Shown in pieces: positions 45,009-56,152 of a stretch of DNA of 58,707 bases. The DNA comes from an archaeon (GTDB taxonomy: Archaea; EX4484-52; B79-G9). A model generated the notes under the pieces. The model did not search any database, had not been told where the DNA came from, and worked only from the letters and a program-made list of their open reading frames with translations. The stretch covers positions 1 through 58,707 of the forward strand of contig JBDRKP010000067.1 in the NCBI GenBank assembly GCA_043813875.1, read 5' to 3'. The position numbers were made by a program, and so were the translations under genes. Every line of letters begins with the position of its first letter. Within the stretch, counting starts at the first letter, position 1.

Positions 45009-46130
45009 TCAGAGGATGAACTGCTTGTTCTCTATCTTTGTCGGCAGGTATTCTTTCGCAGTGAATTCAATCGATTTTGCGACAAGCGAATCCTGCTCAA
45101 TCTTATATCCGAACTGCTTCATCGCAGCGAACTCATTCTTCCACCCGCGCGACTGGAACCAGTCATACGCCTCGATTTCCTTTATCCTTTTAAGATCAAT
45201 ATCCTTCAGCTTGATATACGCGCTTTTCGGTATATCAAACTGCTTCACATCACTGGTACTGAACCCCAGGTACTTGGCTTTTGGCGCCCCGGCCTTCTCC
45301 GAAAAGAAAGCAAGATTGATACTTCCCTGCTTATACACCGAATAGATATAATAGCCCCACGGATCCATATCCGCAAAGACATAGATAGGTATATTCAGCT
45401 CATGCTGCATCCTCTGAAGAAGCCTTCTCTCAGCCCTCGCCGGCTGACCCTTGCCCGTCATTATGATACAATTCGCATCCTTCCAGTACTTCTGCTGGTT
45501 CAAAAGGTTCCATACAGCGAATTTCTCTATCACCAGTATAAAATCAGCACTGCATTCCGTTATATCAAACGCATCCTTCTCAACGCTTGGCGGCACCGCG
45601 CCACCAGCAGAACCCATCTTCGTGAAATCAAGGATGTCGCCGGTCTTATCTTTAACAATCATAGGACCGGTTATGACGCCTTTCGGCGTAGCTATAAGCT
45701 TCAACTCCTCGCGCAACGCATCAACCATCACTTCTACATCCTCGATCAGCGGATCAGACTCATCCTGGGTATCAAACGTATTCTCTTTCGACCCCTCGAT
45801 ATTGTGCTTGAGAGTATAATACAATTGCCTGATACTCAAAGCAGGCTTCTGCTGTTCCAGCATCCACTTGATCTGCTTAGCCACAAGCAGCGTCTGCATG
45901 AATTTCTTGGCCTGGTTAAGATTGATATAATACCTCTTCTGCTTCTTGTCTCCAAGCTTGATAAGGCCTTCTTTCTCATCAAAATACACATTATTAAGTG
46001 CACGCGTAAGTATAGCCATCGAGGGATTCTTCTTCAGCTCGATATCATGTAAGACATCATTACCTAGTGCCTCTAAACGTGTTGCAATCTCCTGTCCTCT
46101 CTGAGCTTCCGTCATCACCATATCACTCAC
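45009..46130 (-). CDS. top6A: DNA topoisomerase VI subunit A (Spo11 family)
   Basis: Contains the RQLYY catalytic-Tyr region, the Toprim segment [24 protein letters not shown] and [14 protein letters not shown]. Confidence 0.95.
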   Translation of the reverse strand: MSDMVMTEAQRGQEIATRLEALGNDVLHDIELKKNPSMAILTRALNNVYFDEKEGLIKLGDKKQKRYYINLNQAKKFMQTLLVAKQIKWMLEQQKPALSIRQLYYTLKHNIEGSKENTFDTQDESDPLIEDVEVMVDALREELKLIATPKGVITGPMIVKDKTGDILDFTKMGSAGGAVPPSVEKDAFDITECSADFILVIEKFAVWNLLNQQKYWKDANCIIMTGKGQPARAERRLLQRMQHELNIPIYVFADMDPWGYYIYSVYKQGSINLAFFSEKAGAPKAKYLGFSTSDVKQFDIPKSAYIKLKDIDLKRIKEIEAYDWFQSRGWKNEFAAMKQFGYKIEQDSLVAKSIEFTAKEYLPTKIENKQFIL

Positions 46131-47809
46131 TCTCCGCGCTCCTTATCTTCATCATCCCTGTCATCAGAAACATCATCCTCAACATCTCCATCTACCATAT
46201 TCTCATCATCTATAGTCTCATCCAAAGATTGTTCTGACCCTTCCTCAGCATCCTCAATAATCATCGTCTTCAGCTTCTCAGTGATAAGCTCAGATAGCTG
46301 GCTTTCAATGACCTTACCATCCTTGCCTGTCAGGTCATGCAAAGCACCCGCAAGTTCACGGATATACCTGTGGAACAATGCCTTCTTCTCTTCAGCCTCA
46401 TTGGCTCTCCTTTTTTTAGAAAGATACAGCCCCAATCTTCTTGCAGCCTCCTGCATGGCAAGCCTGATCTCTTTGATTATAATAGGATATGCAGCAATTG
46501 CCTCCTTGCCTTCAGAAGTATATGGCACCCACACAGAAGCGAAATGCACCGTGATAGCCACCGGCCCTACAGGCAGCGACCCGCCGCTCTGGCTGAGCTT
46601 ATAACGCCTCCAGTCGGTCTGGATTACGGACTTTGTGATTGCGCACGCAGACTGCTCATAAAGCAAAGGCACCTTGTTGGCAAAACGCATTATCTGCACC
46701 GAACCTTCCGGATCAAGACTGCCTCCATAAGCGATACCGACCTCAACAAGGAACGGATTCCCGGCATACACTGTTGCCGACCTTGAGACAGCGCTCACAA
46801 ACTCCGGATTCAGTTCCTTCTTCAGGCCCTCCTCAATCGGCTTTGCTCCTATCGGCGAAAGGCAGTCAGTAGGTGGATTCTGCAATTTCGCCTTCTGCAT
46901 CTGCTCATGAAGCGCATCAGCCTCATCACGCGTAAGCGATGACGGTGAAACTTTAGGATCGACATTTGCAAGGACACATAGCTCCTTTGCCTTCTCCGAA
47001 CTGATCCTTGAAAATTCAGACGCAAGGAACCCGCTTATCATCCTTGACTTGGTATTCTTCATCATCCTTAGCATCGTGCCAAGCTCAATTCCTGATGCAT
47101 GCGGCATTATTTCACGCGGCTCCTTTGGCAATTCATCAACAGCCCGTGGAAACTCGAATTTTTCGCCCTCAGGATCCACAAACACAATCTTCGAGAACGG
47201 ATTCATGATTGCCGTCTGCTGGAGATACTCATAGATCGATTGCTTCCCTTTGACATATCTGCCTTTGACCTCTATCTCGATCCTGGTGCCGTGACCGGTA
47301 CCGTACACTGTATCTTCGCTTACAATGACCGGCTCATTGGTCTGTATATCGATATGCAACTCATATATATGAGTCTTGCCGTCATTGATTCTTGAATATA
47401 TCTTCGCTGACTTTCCCGTCGTCAACTGCCCGTACAAAACAGCGGCTGATATCCCTATACCCTGCTGGCCGCGGCTCTGTCTCAACCTGTGGAACTTGGA
47501 ACCATAAAGAAGCTTACCGAAGATTTTCGGGATGTTTTTCTTCACGATACCCGGACCATTATCCTCGATTATGACCTTGAATCTTGCATCAGCATTCGCC
47601 TTCTTCTGCAGTTCCACATATATATCAGGAAGTATACGCGCCTCTTCACAGGCATCAAGCGAATTGTCTACACCTTCCCTCACCACAGTCAGAAGCGACT
47701 TCTGCAGATTCTCATACCCCAACAAGTGCTTGTTTTTCTCAAAAAATTCCGCTATTGAAATAGCTTTATGTGCCTTTGCCATTGTATCTGCAATATTTTC
47801 TTCCATCAT
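46127..47809 (-). CDS. top6B: DNA topoisomerase VI subunit B (GHKL ATPase) with acidic C-terminal tail
   Basis: Contains [17 protein letters not shown] and [14 protein letters not shown]. It overlaps top6A by 4 nt. The last ~45 aa are D/E-rich. Confidence 0.95.
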   Translation of the reverse strand: MMEENIADTMAKAHKAISIAEFFEKNKHLLGYENLQKSLLTVVREGVDNSLDACEEARILPDIYVELQKKANADARFKVIIEDNGPGIVKKNIPKIFGKLLYGSKFHRLRQSRGQQGIGISAAVLYGQLTTGKSAKIYSRINDGKTHIYELHIDIQTNEPVIVSEDTVYGTGHGTRIEIEVKGRYVKGKQSIYEYLQQTAIMNPFSKIVFVDPEGEKFEFPRAVDELPKEPREIMPHASGIELGTMLRMMKNTKSRMISGFLASEFSRISSEKAKELCVLANVDPKVSPSSLTRDEADALHEQMQKAKLQNPPTDCLSPIGAKPIEEGLKKELNPEFVSAVSRSATVYAGNPFLVEVGIAYGGSLDPEGSVQIMRFANKVPLLYEQSACAITKSVIQTDWRRYKLSQSGGSLPVGPVAITVHFASVWVPYTSEGKEAIAAYPIIIKEIRLAMQEAARRLGLYLSKKRRANEAEEKKALFHRYIRELAGALHDLTGKDGKVIESQLSELITEKLKTMIIEDAEEGSEQSLDETIDDENMVDGDVEDDVSDDRDDEDKERGE

Positions 47810-47819
47810 GTCACCTTAT

Positions 47820-48341
47820 TTACACAATATTTAAAGTCTTCTGCCGCGCCCTCTTCTCAAGGAATACCCTCATCGCCCTGTGCGTCGCGCCGTCAATCAG
47901 CATGAATATAGCCTCCTTTGCCACATCGACATCATCATATTTCCCGATTAACGATATAGTCTTCCCAAAGACCACAACCTTCGTATCCGTCAGTTCCTCT
48001 ATCATTTTTCTTGACTTGCCGTCGGTACCTATCAGCCGGGACTTGTATCGTATCAGCGTTCTTTCGCTTTTATGCGAAAAATCCTTCAGATTGACAATCT
48101 GGAATACATACTCATCATCCAGAAGCACCAGTGCTTCATCACACGTGAAACCCCGACCAATTGCCTTGATTATGCTCTTCAGTTTCAACTGGTTCAGCGA
48201 ATCATTGCAATAGTATTCAACCTCTCCTGATTCAGACACATTTATCTTACAGCCAAGTTCGTTCTCAAGCTTCCTCTTCGTCTCCCCGCCTTTACCGATA
48301 AGCGCTCCGATGCGCAATACCGGTATCTTCAAGAACTCCAT
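47820..48341 (-). CDS. KH-domain RNA-binding protein (archaeal Dim2/Pno1-like)
   Basis: Two KH-like units: RIGALIGKGGETKRKLE and RLIGTDGKSRKMIEELT. The position next to the RIO kinase and aIF1A genes is conserved in archaea. Confidence 0.8.
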   Translation of the reverse strand: MEFLKIPVLRIGALIGKGGETKRKLENELGCKINVSESGEVEYYCNDSLNQLKLKSIIKAIGRGFTCDEALVLLDDEYVFQIVNLKDFSHKSERTLIRYKSRLIGTDGKSRKMIEELTDTKVVVFGKTISLIGKYDDVDVAKEAIFMLIDGATHRAMRVFLEKRARQKTLNIV

Positions 48342-48462
48342 AATTTGTTACACCTTTAATCTTTATATATCTTTTTATTTAATTTACAGCACCGCTGCAC
48401 CTGTTTTCCATAATTAGAAAACGCGATGGTTTCAATTTGACGACATAGATATTTATATATTG

Positions 48463-49185
48463 CTATGATTTTGATTTCAATATAGCTTGAATTATTTTAT
48501 CCTTATCCCTCACAACACCCAACCCCCCAAAATACCTGCACAGATTACTTATATCTCTATCCAGGAACTCCCCCGCAAGCTGATGGCTCAACTCCACAGC
48601 CTGCGCAAGATCATGGATGACAGGACGCCCATCGAAAAATAGGACATTATATTCACTAAGATCAGCATGTACAAGCCCCGCCTCATGATAAAGCTTTTTT
48701 ATCTCCTTGATGATATCATCGAATGTCTTGACCGGACTCTTCAGTTGAACCTCTTTGAGCTTCGGTGAAAGCTCAGTGCCACCGATATACTCCATCACAA
48801 GTATATTTTTATAAAACGCAATCGGAGTCGGCACATTGACTCCGGCCTTCTTCGACCTTTTAAGATTAGAGAACTCCTTTTTGCACCAGTTGTACACAAG
48901 CGAGCGGCGGGTAAGCTTGATGCCGGCAAATCTCCTGTCCCCCACAATATACTTTTGCATCTTCTGAAACTGGGATGCCTCTATCTTGAATATCTTAAGT
49001 ATTATCTTCTTGCCGTCTTTATCCGTTGCAACAATAATCGTGCTTTCCTTCCCTTCCTTTGCGACCCCGACAAGATCATCCACAATACCACGAGCCTGAA
49101 GTTTGGATATTGCCCGTGAGGTGCTAAGATCAAGAAAACCTTCAACGATTTTCCGGTCATTCGAGTCCTTGATAGTCCACGTCAT
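48463..49185 (-). CDS. rio1: RIO-type serine/threonine protein kinase (Rio1-like, no N-terminal wHTH)
   Basis: GKESTIIVA...ILKIFK, LVHADLSEYNVLF, and a flexible-loop region typical of RIO kinases. Confidence 0.9.
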   Translation of the reverse strand: MTWTIKDSNDRKIVEGFLDLSTSRAISKLQARGIVDDLVGVAKEGKESTIIVATDKDGKKIILKIFKIEASQFQKMQKYIVGDRRFAGIKLTRRSLVYNWCKKEFSNLKRSKKAGVNVPTPIAFYKNILVMEYIGGTELSPKLKEVQLKSPVKTFDDIIKEIKKLYHEAGLVHADLSEYNVLFFDGRPVIHDLAQAVELSHQLAGEFLDRDISNLCRYFGGLGVVRDKDKIIQAILKSKS

Positions 49186-49266
49186 AGAATTCTATTATTC
49201 ACTGTAATTTAAAAAGAGAGAATACACAAACAAAAGGACAAGAAAAGAAACATGGAAAAATAAACA

Positions 49267-49608
49267 CTACCCTTCAAGCCCTTCTAGAAGCCCTTTGTTC
49301 CTGAGCCAGTCAACCTGAGCTTTACGATATTTGTAGATGATATCGCCTTTTTTATCGCCCTCAAACTCCCATGGCACCATAAGAACAATCTCGCCTTCTC
49401 GCACCCATATTTTCCTGCGGTATTTGCCAGGGACCCTGCATATCCTCATCTTCTTATCAGTACATATCACATACATCTTACCGAAACCGAGACGAGACTC
49501 AATCATCCCGAGAAGCTCATTATCTCTTGGAGTCCGTACCCTGACAACCTCGCCAGGAGTCTCTCCACCCTTATAATGAGATCCGCCACTACTACGTTTT
49601 TTATACAT
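49267..49608 (-). CDS. eif1A: Translation initiation factor 1A (aIF1A)
   Basis: S1-like OB core LGFGKMYVICTDKKMRICRVPGKYRRKIWVREGEIVLM. Confidence 0.9.
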   Translation of the reverse strand: MYKKRSSGGSHYKGGETPGEVVRVRTPRDNELLGMIESRLGFGKMYVICTDKKMRICRVPGKYRRKIWVREGEIVLMVPWEFEGDKKGDIIYKYRKAQVDWLRNKGLLEGLEG

Positions 49609-50310
49609 CTAATCACTTGCCCTCAACAATACAGTCATCCTTTTGATTTCTTTACCGTCTTTTACGCCTTGAATACTATGAGTTATTTTCGTAGTAACAT
49701 TATATATTCTTTTGGTCTCTTGTTCGACTTTCTGCGCAATCTTCGCCGAGCCCAGGTACACATCAGTACCATCCTTTGAAGCTTGCACCTGCGTTATGAA
49801 CGAAAACATATCCGCATCCTTATACTGATTGACCTTATCCTTTATTAATATAAGTATCTGATCCTGCATATTTTTTGGAGCTCTTATCTGTATGACTGCC
49901 TCATAATACCCGCCGGAAAGCCGTGAGCAATTTTCGCAGCTTTGCGGTACTATGACCAGATTCGTCACCGCTCCTTTTTCAATCAGTCTGCCATCAATAT
50001 TCTTCTCTGCAAGAACAGTTACAGGAACAACAGTCTTGCCATTTATCATAAAAGGCTCATATTTTATCTTGACTGAAACATCCTTATCCTTCACGACACT
50101 GGCACCGACTACACGCTCAATCATCACTTCAATCGACGGATTTGAAACCCATTTTTTCTTCTCATTCGAGCGCCCGCACCTGCAAAGAAGAACCCTCACA
50201 TTTTGCGGCACATCGGCAATTTTCTTTTTCTCAAGATAGCAATCACTGCAAAGCCCTTCAAACAGATCATTGGTCTCCTTGGCGCAACGGGGACAGAATT
50301 TCTTCAGCAT
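49609..50310 (-). CDS. NMD3-family protein (archaeal short form)
   Basis: N-terminal Cys pairs FCPRC...GLCSDC...LCRCG and a later CENC, followed by a beta-rich domain. Confidence 0.65.
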   Translation of the reverse strand: MLKKFCPRCAKETNDLFEGLCSDCYLEKKKIADVPQNVRVLLCRCGRSNEKKKWVSNPSIEVMIERVVGASVVKDKDVSVKIKYEPFMINGKTVVPVTVLAEKNIDGRLIEKGAVTNLVIVPQSCENCSRLSGGYYEAVIQIRAPKNMQDQILILIKDKVNQYKDADMFSFITQVQASKDGTDVYLGSAKIAQKVEQETKRIYNVTTKITHSIQGVKDGKEIKRMTVLLRASD

Positions 50311-50424
50311 AATATAAGTGGAAAATCCTTTCTTTTAAATGTTTGCGCCAGATTGCCAAACCCCATACCACATTTAAGAGAACAACAGATAAGGGATGGC
50401 AAAAAATAATCATATGAAAGAGCC

Positions 50425-50727
50425 CTAAACCCGATATATATGCGCAAACTTGACCCCGTCAACAATCTTCACACTAGAATCCGAAACAATCCCGCGCAAA
50501 AGAAGCTCATCAATGATGCGGGAGCCGACGACATTCACGGATGATGCACCTTCAAGAGCATCCACGATTTCATCAATATCAACCAACTTCCCGCCAAAGA
50601 AATCAGAATCAACATCTAAAACAAAATCACCACAAGAAAACACCTTGCCAAGAATATCCTCATCACAGATCGCAACCACGCAATCATCATCAGACTCATG
50701 GACCTTCAAAAAGAACGCCATAAGCAC
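50425..50727 (-). CDS. DUF424-family protein
   Basis: 100 aa with ...VVAICDEDILGKVF...GGKLVDIDEIVDALEGASSVNVVGSRII...IVDGVKFAHIY. The length, pattern and position next to aIF2-beta fit archaeal DUF424. Confidence 0.6.
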   Translation of the reverse strand: MLMAFFLKVHESDDDCVVAICDEDILGKVFSCGDFVLDVDSDFFGGKLVDIDEIVDALEGASSVNVVGSRIIDELLLRGIVSDSSVKIVDGVKFAHIYRV

Positions 50728-50730
50728 ACA

Positions 50731-51147
50731 CTACCTCACACTTCGAACAGGCTTCTCAGCCCCGCAAGCCTCGCACTTGATAAACACAAGCCTCCCCTTC
50801 TTCAGAAGGTTCGTATCAGGCTTACTGCACTCAGAACACAGAACATACTCTTCAACATACTTCTCGAACTTCTTATTGACCATGAATCCCCCGAACTTGC
50901 CCTGGAAGACGCCGGTCTGGCCTTCCATCCCGCCCTGCGTCGCAAGTTCCTTCGCAAGATATTTCAACAGATGCCCCGGTTCCCTTCGGATAACGCCCGC
51001 AGCCTCAGTGAGATTCTTGATCATCGTCCGGTTCCCCATGATCATCACATTAAGCTTGGGCATCTCCAGGCGCTCCTGCTTTAATACAGTCACAGGCAAC
51101 TGCTCTTTTGCCCTCTTAAGAAGCGAATTATAATCATAATCTGTCAT
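50731..51147 (-). CDS. eif2b: Translation initiation factor 2 subunit beta (aIF2-beta)
   Basis: HLLKYLAKELATQG...VEEYVLCSECSKPDTNLLKKGRLVFIKCEACGA (C4 zinc ribbon). Confidence 0.9.
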   Translation of the reverse strand: MTDYDYNSLLKRAKEQLPVTVLKQERLEMPKLNVMIMGNRTMIKNLTEAAGVIRREPGHLLKYLAKELATQGGMEGQTGVFQGKFGGFMVNKKFEKYVEEYVLCSECSKPDTNLLKKGRLVFIKCEACGAEKPVRSVR

Positions 51148-51183
51148 TTTATCACACGACTAGATTCAAAAGTAAATTTTATA

Positions 51184-51945
51184 TTATAATGCCTTTATCC
51201 TGCCGGGACGCGGTTCATAACAAGACCCTTCCGCCAAAAGCTCATCTATTGCAGATTCACTCACCGACTCCGGAAGCCCCACCTTCTCAACAATCTTTGT
51301 ATACTCCACACCAGTCCCGTCATCCAGCTCTTCAATCGACTTGATGATGAGATTCTTCACCGCCTTGATATCAATCGCAACACTGCTCTCTTCATTCTTA
51401 TCCTCCTTTATGCTCTCGGCAGCAAGAACAGTCTCGACATCATCATCCCGGATATTTTTAGTTTCAAGGTCCTTTTTCAGTCCTTCAACATCCTTATGCT
51501 TCTTTGCCTCAGAAAGAATAAGATCGCTTTTCAGCTTACTTTCAATCATCATCTGCACCAGTTCAATCTTCCTCAAAGTTTCGTAGTTAGGATCATCTAT
51601 CCTCTTGACAATCTCTGGATAGATGTGCACCTCATTGTTATACTGCCTTATACGCCCGATGACATCCACAATATCCCCCTTTTTCACTTTTTGTATCACT
51701 TTCGTATCCTGGAACGCTTTCAAACGTATCATGCCCGTAGCATCATCCATCACGACAAAACCATACTTCTTATCATCACTCAGATAAGTGCTTACAACAG
51801 TAGCAAGAACATGTACCCTTGAGAGCTTCCGCCCGTCATCCGCAAGTACATAATTCGGATCAAACCCCGTCTGTGCCTGATATTTGCCAGAAATGATATC
51901 CTTTATCCTGCACCGTTGCGCAGTAAGCCTCTTCTGCTCAATCAC
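51184..51945 (-). CDS. RPA-like single-stranded DNA-binding protein (OB fold plus C-terminal winged helix, RPA32-like)
   Basis: OB core VHVLATVVSTYLSDDKKYGFVVMDDATGMIRLKAF...GDIVDVIGRIRQY. A C-terminal wHTH-like segment reads YTKIVEKVGLPESVSESAIDELLAEGSCYEPRPGRIK. It lies immediately downstream of mcm. Confidence 0.65.
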   Translation of the reverse strand: MIEQKRLTAQRCRIKDIISGKYQAQTGFDPNYVLADDGRKLSRVHVLATVVSTYLSDDKKYGFVVMDDATGMIRLKAFQDTKVIQKVKKGDIVDVIGRIRQYNNEVHIYPEIVKRIDDPNYETLRKIELVQMMIESKLKSDLILSEAKKHKDVEGLKKDLETKNIRDDDVETVLAAESIKEDKNEESSVAIDIKAVKNLIIKSIEELDDGTGVEYTKIVEKVGLPESVSESAIDELLAEGSCYEPRPGRIKAL

Positions 51946-51948
51946 ACA

Positions 51949-53964
51949 TCACACTCTCCTTACATGGCCATGCCTTGGCTCAAACAGTTCCCCTTCCCGT
52001 TTAAGCTTCTGGATAATCTCTTCAGCATCCTCAATACCCTGCTCTTCAGCAGCAGCTTTCACATCCTCGATAAGCACCGATTTGTCCTCAGTCTCACCCT
52101 GCATCTCACTGATCAGTGTCAGTATTATCCTAATCTTATTTCTCTGGCTGCTTGTCGTGCCGCTCTCAAGGCGATCTATATCAAACTTGCCTGTCTCTGG
52201 ATCAATGCCTACCTGCATCAGGCAATCGGTCAGCAATTTTATCGCTCTTTGAGCATCCTCTTTCTTTACCTTGGGAGAGAGCCTCACCCTTGCCGACGCC
52301 TCAGAAAGCCGCACCAGCGCCTCAAGTTGACGTGCTCCGATAGGAACCGACGACACTTCCTCTGTACCGCTGTACTTGCTCCTCAGCCCCACATAGAAAA
52401 CCTCAATCGCATTCTGTGCCGCCTTCGTCAGCTTCGGATTGATATTGCTCTTCACATAAGAGATGTACTTTCTCAAAATACTAGCATCAAGCGGCGGGTT
52501 CTGTATATCGGGATTCTCATGCATCTTGAGGATATGTCTCACAAGCAGCGTATCCTTCTCCTTATTCGGCTCATCCCTTATCGGAAAGATAAGATCAAAC
52601 CTGCTTAAGAGCGAATCAGGTATGTCGATCTGCTCAGGAATAGACTGATAGGGATCAAACCTCCCGAACTTAGGATTCGCAGCCGCAAGTATAGTAGTCT
52701 GTGCATGCAGAGTCGCCTGGATATTGGCCTTGGAGACAGTCACAGTCTGCTGCTCTGCAACCTCATGCATCGCACTCCTGTCCTCTGTCGACATCTTATC
52801 CAGTTCATCAATAGCGACAAGCCCCTTGTTGGCAAGAACAAGCGCACCTGCCTCAAGCGCCCATCCCCTCATGAACTCATCCTTGACAACAGTAGCAGTC
52901 AGACCTGCCCCTGACGTCGATTTTCCGACAACATAACGCGCCTTCGGCGCAAGGCCGACGACATATTTAAGTATCTGGCTCTTACCAGCTCCCGGATCAC
53001 CGACAAGCAATATATGTATATCCCCGCGCGTCGTAACGCCATCCGGCCGCACCTTCCTCACGCCGCCGAAAAGCTGCAAGGCAATAGCCAGCTTGATATC
53101 ATTATATCCATAGATAGAAGGCGCTATAGACTCAACCAGCATATCAAATATCTTTGGATTCTTCGAAAGCTCCTTGATCCTTGCCTCATCCTCAGCAGAA
53201 ATATCAATATCCTCGAATTCAAACTCAATCGGCTCAAGATAATTGCCGTCAAGATAAAGGTCCCTTCGCTTGCTCTCCTTACCCCGGTCCGTCTTTATAG
53301 GTATATCCTCAAGAATCCCGGTTATAATCACCTTGCTGCCTGGAACAACCCTCTTCTGGAACTTCGGATCCACAAGATCATTCTTGATAAAGACACCGAC
53401 CTTCCTTGCCTGCGCACTCCCCTCAAGCTTCTCGGGAACCTCCTCAACCTCAAGGCGCTGTATATCGACCATCTTTCGGTCAATCATCTCAAACCCGCGC
53501 TTATTCCCGCACTCGCACATATAGGGCGTAAGCAGATCCTGCTCTTCCTGAAGAAGGATTATGCGCTCGCCGCATGCCCTGCACTCGAAAGTGGCAAGCA
53601 CTATCTCCGGCCTCACTTCAGACGCCTGCTTTATGATGCCCTCGATAGCGATAAACTTCTTCAGATGCTTGCTTCTCAGGTTTTTGATACTTACGACCTG
53701 GGTCTCAGGCAACCCGATAATCCTGACAGGAATCTGGGACTCAAGCTCTTCGCCGACATCGACATTCCTCATAGCCTCGTCTGCAGCCTTGAAAAATTCC
53801 GCCGGCTTATCAAGAAGAGTATCAGCAAGATCCACATCAAATTTCTCTATATCAGTAAAATCAATAACAAGAGCAACCCTATCTTGAACAGCCTTCAACA
53901 GGTGGCTATAACACACTTCAGAAAAAAAAATTTCGAGTCTTGAAAGTAAATCAGTATAGTCCAT
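51949..53964 (-). CDS. mcm: Minichromosome maintenance (MCM) replicative helicase
   Basis: Zn motif CRACG...CECG, Walker A ILLVGDPGAGKSQ, Walker B VAIDELDKM and the arginine finger SRFDLIF. No intein is present. Confidence 0.95.
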   Translation of the reverse strand: MDYTDLLSRLEIFFSEVCYSHLLKAVQDRVALVIDFTDIEKFDVDLADTLLDKPAEFFKAADEAMRNVDVGEELESQIPVRIIGLPETQVVSIKNLRSKHLKKFIAIEGIIKQASEVRPEIVLATFECRACGERIILLQEEQDLLTPYMCECGNKRGFEMIDRKMVDIQRLEVEEVPEKLEGSAQARKVGVFIKNDLVDPKFQKRVVPGSKVIITGILEDIPIKTDRGKESKRRDLYLDGNYLEPIEFEFEDIDISAEDEARIKELSKNPKIFDMLVESIAPSIYGYNDIKLAIALQLFGGVRKVRPDGVTTRGDIHILLVGDPGAGKSQILKYVVGLAPKARYVVGKSTSGAGLTATVVKDEFMRGWALEAGALVLANKGLVAIDELDKMSTEDRSAMHEVAEQQTVTVSKANIQATLHAQTTILAAANPKFGRFDPYQSIPEQIDIPDSLLSRFDLIFPIRDEPNKEKDTLLVRHILKMHENPDIQNPPLDASILRKYISYVKSNINPKLTKAAQNAIEVFYVGLRSKYSGTEEVSSVPIGARQLEALVRLSEASARVRLSPKVKKEDAQRAIKLLTDCLMQVGIDPETGKFDIDRLESGTTSSQRNKIRIILTLISEMQGETEDKSVLIEDVKAAAEEQGIEDAEEIIQKLKREGELFEPRHGHVRRV

Positions 53965-54072
53965 ATACCACTATATCATAAACAGATTTAAAAGGGTTTG
54001 GAATGGACACACCCTGCCGATAGTATCCCTATTATCCTTGTAACTCACGCAGGAATCAAGTACATAATCCAA

Positions 54073-54621
54073 TCATATAGCATTTATTCGCCTGAGATTC
54101 CCTTTGAGTTTTTCAACAGAGTCACGGACCTCCCCCTCAGACTTCCCGCCAGTGCATATGACCTTCCCTGAACTGAACAGAAGAAACACAGTTTTCGGGC
54201 CATCTAGGCGATAGACAAGACCAGGAAACTGCTCCGGCTCATATTCAGTCCCCTCTAGCTGGAAAGCGATCTGATTCAGGTTCAGTTCAGCGCCCACGCT
54301 GGCAGAGGCAACAATATTCTGTATAGTAAGCTCATTTGTAGAAGTCACATCAATGCCAAGCGACTTTATCTTCTCGACAATATTGGCAACAGCCTGCTTC
54401 GCCTGTTCCGGCGACTTCGTACCCGTACATACAATCTTACCCGTATTGAATATCAACGCCGCAGCCTTTGGATCAGTAAGCCTCAGCACAAGCCCCGGAA
54501 ACTGCTCCGGCTCATATTCAGTCCCTTCAAGCTCCATCGCCAATCTTGATAATGGAATCTTGGCATCTGCAGCACAAGAAGCAACAACATTATGAATCTT
54601 AATCGTATCGCTCATAAACAA
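54073..54621 (-). CDS. tbp: TATA-box binding protein
   Basis: Two direct repeats, each containing EGTEYEPEQFPGLV(L/Y)RL...GK(I/V)(V/I)CTG. Confidence 0.95.
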   Translation of the reverse strand: MFMSDTIKIHNVVASCAADAKIPLSRLAMELEGTEYEPEQFPGLVLRLTDPKAAALIFNTGKIVCTGTKSPEQAKQAVANIVEKIKSLGIDVTSTNELTIQNIVASASVGAELNLNQIAFQLEGTEYEPEQFPGLVYRLDGPKTVFLLFSSGKVICTGGKSEGEVRDSVEKLKGNLRRINAI

Positions 54622-54759
54622 TCCCCTCTCTCCATATAATCATTTTCTCTTCAGACCCCAAAGAAACGCCTTTTTACGAACCAGTCTCTTGAACAGACAG
54701 GTTAATATTTATTAATTACATTTCATTAACTTGGATATATTTAAATTTAACTTGTCATC

Positions 54760-55146
54760 GTGGTGATTCATATGTGCCTGATAAAAAAATACAATATGGA
54801 CCTGAAAAGATACTTTCTTACAGGATACTGCGTAGCGACTCTAAGAAAACCAGGCACCCCGCTTGTAGACTTATGCCTATTCTCAGGCGAAGGAAAACCC
54901 ACACTCATAGGCGGCTATGCGATCACGCCGCATGATGCGATAAGGCTCGCAAATGAGCTTATCCTGAACGCCAACAGAGCAAAAGAAACAACACCGGAAC
55001 AGAAGAAAAACATAGCCGAGATGTACCTCATCAGCGCATACAATCTCTTAAAAGACTCAGACAAAGAAGCCGCAGAAAAACTCAAAAGTTCGATGGGCAT
55101 AAAAGAGATCAAACCGAAAGAAGAAGACCTCGGATATGTAGGCTGA
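54760..55146 (+). CDS. Hypothetical protein (start uncertain: GTG 54760, ATG 54772 or 54796)
   Basis: An ORF with coding-like composition and a K/E-rich C-terminus. I recognise no motif. TATATTTAAAT lies ~20 nt upstream. Confidence 0.4.
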   Translation: MVIHMCLIKKYNMDLKRYFLTGYCVATLRKPGTPLVDLCLFSGEGKPTLIGGYAITPHDAIRLANELILNANRAKETTPEQKKNIAEMYLISAYNLLKDSDKEAAEKLKSSMGIKEIKPKEEDLGYVG

Positions 55147-55195
55147 TGAAAGTATAGAATAAACATAAAAAAATAAATATAAAATAGCAGGATAA

Positions 55196-55792
55196 ATGAA
55201 AATAGGTGATCATATGAAATCCAAAATAATAATGATACTAATCATCATGATGATGATATCAATCAGCTCAGGCTGTATATCAAACGGCACACCAGAAGTA
55301 GGCGATATGCCGGATGAAAATAAAGAAAACTCAGGTGACACCATGACAAAAGAAAACAGATATGCGATAATTGAGACAGAAAAAGGGACAATCAAGTTAG
55401 AACTATACGAAAGACGAGCACCAATAACCACAGCGAACTTCATCAAGCTTGCAGAAAGCGGCTTTTATGACGGCCTGAAATTCCACAGGGTGATACGCGG
55501 TTTCATGATACAGGGCGGCGACCCGAAAGGGGACGGCAGAGGAGGTCCCGGATATAAGATACAAGACGAATTCCATCCGGAACTGAAACACACAACAGGC
55601 GCTCTATCCATGGCAAACGCAGGCCCGAACACCGGCGGCAGCCAGTTCTTCATAACAGAAGCGCCGCAGCCGCATCTGGACGGAAAGCACTCAGTATTCG
55701 GCCAGGTCATAGAAGGACAGGACGTGGTCGAAAAGATCCAGCAGGGCGACAGGATGCTGAAAATAACAATAGTCAGCAAAGATGAAGCATGA
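55196..55792 (+). CDS. Cyclophilin-type peptidyl-prolyl cis-trans isomerase with signal peptide/lipobox-like N-terminus
   Basis: [32 protein letters not shown] and HSVFGQV. The N-terminus is [17 protein letters not shown]. Confidence 0.9.
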   Translation: MKIGDHMKSKIIMILIIMMMISISSGCISNGTPEVGDMPDENKENSGDTMTKENRYAIIETEKGTIKLELYERRAPITTANFIKLAESGFYDGLKFHRVIRGFMIQGGDPKGDGRGGPGYKIQDEFHPELKHTTGALSMANAGPNTGGSQFFITEAPQPHLDGKHSVFGQVIEGQDVVEKIQQGDRMLKITIVSKDEA

Positions 55793-56151
55793 TGAGATAC
55801 ATCGACCGGAAAATTGTGAGATGGACTGACAAAAAAGGCTACACAGCACAGATATTCCTGGACTTCAAGGAAGAAGGCAACAACTCGCGCTTCGTGCTGA
55901 TAAAGATGGAGCCGCACACAGAAATAAAGCCGCACCACCATACCAGGATAAAAGAGATACTATACATCACAAAAGGCACTGGAAATATAGTCGTAAACGA
56001 CATCGAAAGGCGCTGCAAGCCCGAAGACATTATTCTTGTAGAGCCGAGCGAGATACACAGGATGATAAACGACACAGACGACACATTCGAGTGGCTCGAA
56101 TTCAAGATGAATGACCCAAAAGAAAACGACATCTTCTTCGAAGATGACTGA
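55789..56151 (+). CDS. Cupin-domain protein
   Basis: [25 protein letters not shown]......[15 protein letters not shown] shows the two cupin His motifs. It overlaps the upstream stop by 4 nt. Confidence 0.7.
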   Translation: MMRYIDRKIVRWTDKKGYTAQIFLDFKEEGNNSRFVLIKMEPHTEIKPHHHTRIKEILYITKGTGNIVVNDIERRCKPEDIILVEPSEIHRMINDTDDTFEWLEFKMNDPKENDIFFEDD

Positions 56152-56152
56152 A

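Noticed and set aside
45006-46052. 348-aa ORF on the + strand
   Set aside because: It is entirely antisense to the strongly recognisable top6A gene. Its translation is L/R/I/H-rich with no motifs, so it is a shadow ORF.
50450-51133. 227-aa ORF on the + strand
   Set aside because: It is antisense to the DUF424 and aIF2-beta genes and its translation is S/T/P-rich, so it is a shadow ORF.
53014-53943. 309-aa ORF on the + strand
   Set aside because: It is antisense to mcm and has a low-complexity L/R/K/I-rich translation, so it is a shadow ORF.
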